Shown piece after piece: positions 53,517 to 64,000 of a DNA stretch of 64,000 nucleotides. Location: assembly GCF_009914755.1 (NCBI RefSeq), contig NC_060932.1. One strand, 5' to 3'. Source of the stretch: the human T2T-CHM13v2.0 reference genome, Homo sapiens. The position numbers and the translations under genes were made by a program. Below the pieces are notes generated by a model that was given only the letters and a program-made list of their open reading frames with translations, did no database searches and was not told the origin of the DNA. Positions within the stretch are counted from its first letter, which is position 1, and each line of letters begins with the position of its first letter.

Positions 53517-54107
53517 GAGGTCATTTTGTAGTCTGTGTTTGTTTCTTGAAACAATCAGGTATTAAATAGTTACTTACTTTATGCAACATGGTTTTGTTGT
53601 GTAGGTATGGTTGACTGTCTCTGGCTCTTTACGTAGGTAGGTGATCTATTGTCTTGGTACTGTCAACGATTTAGTATTGAAAGCTTTGAGTCCTAGGAAA
53701 CTCCTCCTTAGAATATGAAAAGTCCCAGTTTTCAGTGGTGAGTGAGGAAGTTTCTGGGGAGAGTACAAAATACACATAGTGGCCCCAAAAAAGGGCCTGG
53801 AAACAACACTGTTTTGAGTGTTAAATGAATATAGCATAGATTATCTACCTTTTATAGTTGCTGTCACTATTTTTTCTTCCTTCCTTTTCCCCTGATCACT
53901 GATGCTGACAGCCATGATTTGTGCTTCATAGAAATGGATGTGATGGAAATGTGCAACTTCCGTGTTGCAATCATGGTTGTGAATGTTAACAGTCAGTGAC
54001 TTTGCCTGTGGATTAATCACTGTTTTTTTGTATTGAGAGAGTACTATCTTAACTTTTAAGATTGCAAACTGCTATTGCTTTTTATGCACAACCATATTTG
54101 ATTTGAT

Positions 54108-54405
54108 TCTTTTTCTCTTTCGAGACAGGGTGTTGCTCTGTTGCCCAGGCTAGAGTGCAGTGGTGCAGTTATGGCTGACTGCAGGCTTGACCTCTTGGGC
54201 TCAAGTGATCGTCCCACCTCAGCCTCCTGAGTAGCTGGAACTACAGATGTGTGACAGCACGCCTGGCTAATTTTTTGACTTTTTTTTTTGTAGGGATGGG
54301 GTCTAGTATGTTGCCCAGTCTGGTCTCAAACTCCTGGGCTCAAGCAATCCTCCCATCTCGGCCTCCCAAAGTGTTGGGATTACAAGTGATCCACAGTGCC
54401 TGGCT
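54108..54405 (-). mobile_element. AluJ
   Basis: gagacagggtgttgctctgttgcccaggctagagtgcagtgg...ctcctgggctcaagcaatcctccc. Confidence 0.94.
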
Positions 54406-54499
54406 CACATTTTCTAATAGTTCAGAAAATGACAATGAGAAGGATTACAGTGCCAACTCCAATTACAGTGCCAATTACAGTGCCAATGACCCAAACATT

Positions 54500-56484
54500 A
54501 TAAAAATGAAGATGAAATGAATATACTATTTTAATGATAGGTGGAAGGAAAAATAGAACTAGATTATGTGGGCAAACACCCTAAATAGGACTGTATAATA
54601 TGCAGAAAAAAATTGGGGATTGGGCATGGTAGAGAAGATGATATAAAAGCATATGCAGATACTCCTTGACTGACAGTGGGATTCTGTCCCAATAACCCTA
54701 ACTTGAATATGCATGGCTGACTGGGAGCTGCAGCTCACTACTGCTACCCAGCATTGCAAAAGAAGAATTGTCTGTACTGAATTGGTATTGATTTTGCACC
54801 ATTGTAAAGTAGAAAAATCGTTAAGTCAAACCATCATAAGTTGGAGAACTTCCTAATGGAGAATGGGTCTCAGAAGTCAGGATGAGACAAGCAAGTAATT
54901 CTAAGTCAATCAAAAGTTGTTTTGGATAGCAAAAAGAAACCAATGCTCAACCAAAAATAGTAGCTCCGGAATTTGCTTGTACAAAGTACACGAAAGAACA
55001 CACATTATTTTATTGTTCCCATGATTGTTCTGTGAAACTGAGTAAAGTTAGTTTCTGGGGTTGCCCCTAAGCTCAGAATGGCTTGTGCAACTAACCTCAG
55101 AAAAGAGAAATTTTGATAACAAATGGTTCAGCCGATTCTATCAGATTTAACATTTATTGTTTCATTCTTTCTATAGTATTAACATATCAAGTGACGCTTC
55201 AAATCAAAGTAACACAAAATATTCCTCCTAGCTCTTAAGCACTTTAATCCGAAAAATGGAGTTGCAAAACATCTTGAATTCTATGAAGATTTTAGTGAAG
55301 TCTCAGAAAACATAAAACAAAAGATGGTTGATACCTTGTCCGAGTACAAATTAGGCTTTGCTTATCTGTCTGCACATTCCGTAGACACTGCAAATAAAAA
55401 TTTTGGGAAATTCCATTCCATCTATAAACTTCTTCCCCAAAATAATGAGGAAGATCTCACCAGGGAAATGTCCTGAACATTTTGTACAGAATACTGCTAA
55501 ATAGGGGCATGATATGATTACCTGTAGTATTGAAATATTTATAATAAAAGTTTTTGGTTACTTTTTAGTTTTCTTAAAATGTGAAGAAGCACTTAATGAG
55601 ATATTTGACTTTATAGAAATGAAAGGAGACAGCTTCCTTAAACATGTACCTACAAGATGAATGTAATTTTTGCTGCCCATAGGAAAGATTTTTAAATTCT
55701 GACTTGATATCAAATCATGTTTTCAAAGTGTGAGACAAGACGAATGAGTTTTTCTAATTTGGAATTATGTTGAGGGTGAAAATGGAGAAGAGGATTAGAG
55801 TAAAAGAGAAATTTGGATGCAGTTTTCTCAAAACTGTTTGATAATTTTTCAAGAGGACATAAGGTGCCTAGAAAAGGATGAACTAACTGCACTTCAGTTC
55901 CTGAATATCATGAACAGGGAAACCAACCAGAAATAATTTCTTCAATTTCTTTACTGGAACTAATTTATCTGGAATTCAAATTATTTTAACTTCAAAGCCT
56001 CAAGTACATATTAACCTGTTTCCCAAGAAAAAGAGGTTATAAGGTAGGATGATGTGTACTGTGCTATAAAGAGTTTAATGATGATGGGCATTTCAGACAT
56101 AGATAGTCATTATAACGAATTTATAGATGCAAATAACCTGCTTGACAGATAACTACTCTATCAAAACCAGCCTGAGGATACAAGTGGTTGGAAAGTTTTG
56201 GAGCACTGGAAACTAATTCCTTCAAATCTAAAAACTTGCTCTTGCAAGTAAGCAAAATTCTAAGTATTCCATGATTAAACACTTGGGCGGAAAGGATATT
56301 TAACTTGATACTATAGCTTTGGACTGACACCAAGAGCCAGTGCAATGTGGGCTTGATATGAGAAGAGCTGCAAGTCAAAGTGAATTTTATGTTGGACTGT
56401 ATTCAATTTTACTACTACATAAAAGAAAAACGGATGCCTAAAGACTGAGTCAGTTCAGAGAAGTATTATTGGAAAGCAAACTAG
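54500..56484 (+). pseudogene. Fossil hAT transposase with multiple stops and frameshifts
   Basis: Manual translation: CIICRKKLGIGHGREDDIKA (~54591-54652), SSDASN (GAC 55193), HSVDTANKNFGKFHSIYKLL (GAC 55384), KCPEH (55469), FLKHVPTR* (55643-55660), ILSIP*LNTWAERIF (GAA 56290), WTD..EELQVKVNF..SSEKYYW. Confidence 0.88.
54656..54852. mobile_element. MER47B/Tigger5-like TcMar-Tigger MITE nested in the hAT transposase
   Basis: cagatactccttgact...ggctgactgggagctgcagctc...tttgcaccattgtaaagt.gaaaaatcgttaagtc.aaccatcataagttgg. Confidence 0.85.
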
Positions 56485-56670
56485 AAAGAGAAAAAATATC
56501 CTGGGACAAAGAAAAACATGTCAACTTTTTTTTTCAATAAATACAGGCAATATCTGTTTAGCAATGCTTACATTCTTCTTTTAAAGTCACATTTATATAT
56601 TTAAGGAGTACACAGTAATAATGCCTACAAATTTTAAATATCCAATGAAGTTAAAAAGTTAAATTATTCT

Positions 56671-56725
56671 TTTAAAGAAACATTGTAAAATAATTTAAAA
56701 ATTCCTTTAAAGAAACATTGTAAAA
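56671..56725. repeat. Short direct repeat, 20 bp x2, period 35
   Basis: tttaaagaaacattgtaaaa at 56671-56690 and 56706-56725. Confidence 0.85.
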
Positions 56726-58974
56726 ATATCAATATATATTTTGCTCACATATTATTTAATTTGTCCTACTATAAGTAACTATTGTTTATTGCCTATTAAC
56801 TATTTCTACTGTTGTTTTGCTTAAATTATAGCAGTTACATAAAAGAAAAATAAATAATACAGAATAATCTATAATTTTGATAAACACCTATTATTCATAT
56901 TTTAATGTTAAAGTAATGGCACATATGAGTGTTATTTATTATATAGTGTTTTATTGTGGGTTATTTGGTTTGGTTTGACTGTGTCCCAGGCTGGCTTTCT
57001 AAAAAGTTGGTCACCCTACCTTCAAGCCAGGCTGACATAATTCCTCATGTACTCTTATCTATTAATGCGGTCGAGCAACAGACACCATAAAGCTGTTGCC
57101 AGAAACTGCCACTGAATCATCACTTTTTTTGTTTTTCCTATCTGTTTTTACTCTGATAATGATTATTTCAGACTTCTGCCTCTTGGCAATTTGGATATAA
57201 TTGTTATTTGGTTTCTTGGGCATTTTTACTCTCAGTTTCTACTTAACTTGTCTGGGATTTGTCCCTTTAGTCCCCAAACTGAATACAGTGACATGTTGAA
57301 ATCTTATGCAGTTCCATGGAAGCAAACTGTCAGCAGGACCTCTCCCTGTTTCCTGTTCAAATCCAATCAAAATACAAACAAATGCTAACTATTCCAGTAA
57401 GTGTAAAAACTTTAAGACAGCAATTATTGGCCTTGTAATTTCACAGTGTTTAGAATCCACTTTAGGACTGAATGAAAAATCAATAAAGCAACCCTAAATG
57501 TCTGAGTTAAACAATAAGGGCCAATAGAAAGCTCTAGGTCACAATTTTTCAAGTTTGTGCAAATGTAGAATGCCTAAATATTTACAATATTATAGATATA
57601 TTTGCTGTAATAATGGGGTCTTGCACATACACACGCATGCACACACAGAACAGGTGTTGGAAAAGTAAATTTCTGACTTTTTTTAAAGGTCAGAAATCTT
57701 GATGTCCCAAGACAACTGATATTACCATGTGAAAATGCTGTTCATATCTGAGTTGCTGCCTAACGTAGGCACTGTGCAATTTCAAACACATTTTAACTTA
57801 TTCGTTATCACTAGTAATCCTAATTCAATAGAAACTTCTGACTTTATAATAACAAATAATTAGCATTGACAATAAAAGTGCGAATGAAGACATGATTGAT
57901 GAATTTGTTTATTAACCATTAATAATGTTAATTCAAAATTCTATGGGTATATTTGTCTATGTGTAGATAATGTATTTTGTTACATGTAATTTCATAAAGC
58001 TTATAAACAGATTTAGATTTGAACTAACAGAAGAATCAAGCAGACACTTCTTAACAATGTTAAAAACTTCATTTTGTTTTTTTATTAAAGTAATAGGAAG
58101 AATATACTTAACAAAAAAGGATAAAATGTAAAATAAAATTGCAGTCTCATTAGACCCAAATTATAGAGAAATAAAAATTATTACAAAACAGTTTAAGTTA
58201 TAAAATCTTTGTGGTAGCTATTACCTCAGTAGAAGGAGACTTTATTCTCTCTGAAAATAATAAGGAAAAATGAAAAAATTGCTCTAGCAATAAGCATGAC
58301 CCCAAGTTACATCTTAATTTAATCAATTTTGGTGCATTTGACAGGAGGGACAATGTCTTATCTTTGGATCCCACATAATGCCTAATACTGTTTGAACAGA
58401 ATAAGTGCTCATTTAAAAAGTACTTTTTCAAAAAACAATTTAGTTGTGAAATTGGTCCAAGTGGAAAACTATGAAAAAATAATATAGGTTTTAATTTTAT
58501 ACCTCACCTTCAAATTTAAAGGCAATACAACAGTGTCAACTTTTAGAAATAAGAATCTTATCAGAGCTTAATATTAATTTTCAGGTAACATGCATGGCAT
58601 ATTTACATTCACACTGGGAAATTGTATACATTACTATATTTTAACTGGTTAATTCTAACTGGTTATCAGCTCCATTCAGTTCTTCCTGTTTCAAACCACA
58701 TACACCTTCACATGTTCTTCTTTTAATTCACTACATAGGGTTAATCTACGGTATTTTAAGTACAGTATTAGGAAATTCCTTGTCAGAAATGGGCTACTAA
58801 AGCCTGATATGGAGCAAATTTCCCTTGATGCAGCTTTTTCTTCCTGCCTTTTAAACATAGGCTTTCTTTTTAAACACTGTGGTCACCAGGATGGGGATTT
58901 AACACCTCAAATGATCTAAATCCTCTCTCTAAACAATCTCAATTAGTTCCACGGCTTCAACTTATCATCTAAGT

Positions 58975-59192
58975 GAAGTTTGTCCAACCCACGACCTGTG
59001 GGGTGCATGCGGCCCAGGATGGCTTTGAATGCTGCCCAATACAAATTCGTAAACTTTCTTAAAACATTACAAGACTTTTTTTGTGATTTTTTTTTAGCTC
59101 ATCAGCTATTGTTAGTGTTAGCGTAGTTTATGTGTGGTCCAAGACAATTTTTTCAAAGTGGCCCAGGGAAGTCAAAAAATTGGACACCCCTG
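58975..59192 (-). mobile_element. MER30 hAT-Charlie MITE with 8-bp TSD
   Basis: tgtccaaccc...gcggcccaggatggctttgaatg...gtggcccagggaag.caaaa.attggacacccctg; TSD atctaagt / atctaaat. Confidence 0.94.
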
Positions 59193-59309
59193 ATCTAAAT
59201 GTTGATATTTCCCCATCTTTCTCTAAGGTCCCAGAATTTCATTTTTAATTTACCTAAGGGATGTTAGATTTCTCTACTTTGATGTCCCATGGGGACTTTG
59301 CATTGTCTA

Positions 59310-59690
59310 CTTGCAATCAGCATCCATTTGTATCTCCTTTGTATGTTCCTACACTCTTCCACCATTCACATAATATTATAGGGGCTATTAGTCTAAACAC
59401 TATGTTTTAAAGACATTTTGTGGCTAGGGTCCTGGATGTGATTAAGGTTGTGCCAATGAAATGCACTCACGAACTATGTGGAAAACGGAGGTGATTCTTT
59501 TTTATAGTGCTGTGGGCAGAAAAGCAGCTCCAGCAGACAAAACTTCTGGCATCAGGCGCTCTGAATGCCCCAGATGTGATGTTGGCAGCAGTGCCCTTAC
59601 TGCAGGGTGGAAAGAGCAGTTCCTCATCTGTAAATTCTGTTTTCTACACTAAACCCTGATGGATACAACCCCGCAACTGTTTCTCATTGT
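59310..59690. mobile_element. LTR33-like ERVL LTR remnant
   Basis: gctagggtcctggatgtgatt.aggtt.tgccaat.a.atgcactc. Confidence 0.6.
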
Positions 59691-60347
59691 GCAGTTTCTA
59701 TCTTGGATAACATCACCACTTCTAGACAACTACCCAAGCCAGCCCGTACGCAGATGGCTACCAGGTCCAATTCTTTACCACTGACTTTTGAACTTTTCTG
59801 TATTTCCATATCTCTGCTTTCCTGTTGGATACATCGACATATCTGACTCACTGTCTGTCACCCCAAACCTGACATATCTAAAATAATTTTTTTCAAAACA
59901 AATTTAAGAAAATGATACTATTATCAACAGAAATAGACAGTCCTCTTAATTGCGCTATTCTATATCTGTTATTTATAGTCCTACATTTCTCCCAGGTACT
60001 CAGGCTTGAAATGCTAGATTCATTTCTCACTGTTCCCTCTCTCTTCTTCAATTTTCAATCATTCTCTGTTCAGAGAGCTTACCATTTTTCACTGGGATTT
60101 TGCAATGGACTGTTAACTAGTTAGTCTTCATATCTCTGTTCTTTCCTTCTTTAATTTGTCCTACTGCTGTGACCACACTGATTTTAAAACTCTCCATTGA
60201 CTAATTGCTTTCCCTCTTCACAAAGCTTCAATAATTTCCTACTGACTTTTTATTTAATAAACTTCAAATATGTTTGCCTGTCATTTAAACTTCTCCATAA
60301 TTTCCTTATTTGAAATAATATCTCATTATTCTTTTAACTGTTCCCTC

Positions 60348-60600
60348 TGTGAAATAGTCAGGATGGAATAGGTTACGCTTCTTAATAGGCAGCTCCCAAA
60401 TCTCAGGGGCTTGGAGTTGAAAATGCATGTTATGTGTGCTTGAGGCTCAGCTGGGCCTCTGATCATCACTGTCCTTGTGCCAGATCCCAGGCTGATAAAA
60501 CAACCACTTTATAAAACAGTGCCAGTCATTGTAGCTGAGGGAAAAGGTGGGTCTTGAAGTGGAATTCAGTGCTTTGGCCAGAGGTAGTCACAATATTTTC
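60348..60600 (-). mobile_element. MaLR LTR fragment (MLT1K-like)
   Basis: tagtcaggatgg..taggtta.gct...cccaaatctcaggggctt...gatcccaggctga...gccagtcattgtagc.gagggaaa. Confidence 0.62.
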
Positions 60601-61904
60601 CCCTTCTCCTGTGAAAGCAAAGACAGACATACAATTACTATACTTTCCTACTCATTGTCTTTAAATATCTTTTGCTTCTCTGTCTTTATTATCTGCTTAA
60701 ATTTTTGAACATAAATGTTTCCTTATCTATCCACATCGTACCCATTGTTTTATATCCAGCTTTCATATCTTGTTTTCCAGTAAGACTTCCTAGATTAGCC
60801 ATATCTGCAACAACCTCTTCCCATTACACTCCTAAGAAAATTGTCTGATTATTGTGAGATCTTTGCTTTGATGCTTTATTATTTTAATTTTAAAAAGCAA
60901 TGCTTAGATTTCTTCACTAAAGTTGTATGGCATCGTTTGTTTCTTTCTGTATCCCACCCATTCTGGTTGCCACCATACTCTTCATTTGTAGGCTTTCATA
61001 TTTTAAAATTTCGATGGATATCTTGGAAATGGATAAACCCTGACCAAATTTGTAAGAATAGAAAAACATACCACTTTAAACTTCAAGAGACCCCCAAATT
61101 GGTACTACATAGACTATTTTACACTGATATTTATATGGAAAATATAAGTAAGTATCCAAGGTAGAAAATATTTTAAATGGGATTAATTTATTGGTAAAAA
61201 CCTAGGAGTTACTCTATCAATACTACATTAAAATATGAAACTGAATTTTAACAAAAAGGTGCTATTCTCTCATAGATTATATGACTTTAGGTGAAAGCTT
61301 TGTGTTACCATGTGTTTAATTGCTTTAATAGTAATGAAATTATTGTGCTAACTTGATTAAAAATAAATTTCTTCTAGTGGACAGTTTCTTATTTTCACGT
61401 GTCCCAAATCTTTAAATATTGCGGGCACAAAAAAACGGGAAGCAGAAAATTTACTAGCAACATGAAATATGAGACTACTGCAATATCTTCAGGTTATTTT
61501 TTAGGATTGTATATTGATTTGAAGATGAATTTCACCATTTTATCCATATGTCCTTGGACATTTGAGGTAGAGAAAAAAAGATGAAAAATACATTGTACAG
61601 AATAAGTTGCTAAGATAGGAAGATTAGCAAAAGTGAATGAGACAGGCAGGACATTTGGAAAGGTACAAACTATTGCTTGTGCATCTTTTTCTTGCTTAAC
61701 AAAGTGGTTAAGAAGCACATTGATCTTCAAAGGATGACAATAAATTGTGCATACTCTGCAGCCATCTCATCTTTATGCCTACAAATTGTGTGTTGTGCAG
61801 AACTGAATTCTTCAGGAGTCACTTGTTATGAAGAAGCATTCTGATAGTGACTTGCAATTATACCGCATTGGAGCAGGGAAAAAATTGATTCCTTTTTCTT
61901 CACT

Positions 61905-62810
<906 letters not shown>

Positions 62811-62899
62811 GCGAATGCTAGGTATTGTTTCCTACACTTAATGAACATCTAGCTTTAAGTTTTCTAAAATCTAGAGGGTGTGAAATGGTTGGCTTAGTT

Positions 62900-64000
62900 T
62901 TACTTTCCCTGGAAAGGGGGCTGAAGCCAGGGAGCTGACTGGTCTTGCTCAGCATATCCCACCGCCACAGACTCCAACAAACTAAGATCCACTGGCTTGA
63001 AATTCTCGCTGCCAGCACAGCAGTCTAAAGTCGACCTGGGATGGGGGCAGGGGCATCCACCATTACTGAGGCTTGAATAGGCAGTTTTCCTCTCACAGTG
63101 TAAACAAAGCCACCGGGAAGTTTTAACAGGGTGTGGAAAACACCTCAGGGTGGCAAAGCCCCTGTAGCCAGACTTCCTCTCTAGATTCCTCCCCTCTGGG
63201 CAGGGCATCTCTGAAAGAAAGGCAGCAGCCCTAGTCAGGGGCTTATAGATAAAACTCTCATCTCCTGGGAACAGAGCACCTGGGGGAAGGGGCAGCTGTG
63301 AGCGCAGCTTTAGCCAGCTTAAATGTTCCTGCCTCCCAGCTCTGAAGAGAGCAGCAGATCTCCCAGCACAGCACTTGAGCTCTGCTAAGGGACAGACTGC
63401 CTCCTCAGGTGGGTCCCGGACCCCTGTGCCTCCTGACAGGGAGACATCTCCCAGCAGGGGTCAACAGACACCTCATACAGGAGAGCTCCAGCTGGCATCT
63501 GACAGGTGCCCCTCTGGGACGAAGCTTCCAGAGGAAGGAGCAGGCAACAATCTTTGCTGTTCTGCAGCCTCCACTGGTGATACCCAGGCAAACAGGGTTT
63601 GGAGTGGACCTCCAGCAAACTCCAGCAGACCTGCAGCAGAGGGGCCTGACTGTTAGAGGGAAAACTAACAGAAAGTGATAACATCAACACCAACAAAAGG
63701 GATGCTCATGCAAAAACCCCATCTGAAGGTTATCAACATCAAAAACCAAAGGTAGATAAATCCACGAAGATGGGGAAAAACCAGCACAAAAAGGCTGAAA
63801 ATTCCAAAAACCACAATGCCTCTTCTCCTCCAAAGGGTCACAAGGGATCAAAACTGGATAGAGAATGAGTTTGACAAATTGACAGAAGTAGGCTTCAGAA
63901 GGTGGGTAATAACAAATTCCTCTGAGCTAAAGGAGCATGTTCTAACCCAATGCAAGGAAGTTAAGAACATTGATAAAAAGTTACAGGAACTGCTGACTAG
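62900..64000 (+). mobile_element. Primate LINE-1 (L1PA7/8-like): partial 5'UTR and start of ORF1, runs off window
   Basis: ccctggaaagggggctgaagccagggag...ggagtggacctccagcaaactccagcagacctgcagcagagggg. Confidence 0.93.
63770..64000 (+). pseudogene. L1 ORF1p N-terminus, frameshifted
   Basis: ATG 63770 MGKNQHKKAENSKNHNASSPPKGH, then a short deletion shifts the frame; continues NWIENEFDKLTEVGFRRWVITNSSELKEHVLTQCKE. Confidence 0.88.

Larger units (their letters stand above)
54410..57018 (+). mobile_element. hAT DNA transposon, Blackjack-type autonomous element (fossil); may extend 5' of the Alu
   Basis: Degenerate transposase plus right terminal repeat tggtcacccta at 57008-57018, the reverse complement of the TAGGGTGACCA terminus recalled for Blackjack/MER81/MER94. 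Confidence 0.85.

Noticed and set aside
62818-63696. Several 66-103 aa ORFs in GC-rich sequence
   Set aside because: Essentially all within the L1PA 5'UTR; not a CpG-island promoter or host gene.

Overview
This is eukaryotic, primate-type (human-like) genomic DNA, judged by AluJ, AluS and AluY copies, L1PA/L1MA/L1ME, L2, MIR, MaLR/ERVL LTRs and MER-type DNA transposons. It is AT-rich, CpG-depleted and largely interspersed repeat. I see no convincing protein-coding exon, tRNA, rRNA, CpG island or CRISPR array. Most supplied ORFs are explained by Alu, L1 or microsatellite sequence, and the rest show no recognisable homology. I found no previously undescribed biological system that the sequence supports. 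The most informative object, missed by the ORF track, is a nearly full-length fossil hAT (Blackjack-type) transposase at about 54.4-57.0 kb. Its zinc-finger, D-D-E, CxxH and RW motifs are readable across stops and frameshifts, and it has a right terminal inverted repeat. Other points worth checking are a palindromic 33-bp VNTR bracketed by a 16-bp direct repeat, a 2.9-kb-spaced local duplication, an Alu+L1 composite sharing one target-site duplication (TSD), a nested inverted Alu, and a DR4 nuclear-receptor element inside two interlocking palindromes. Repeat subfamily names come from recalled consensus sequences, and boundaries of old repeats are approximate.
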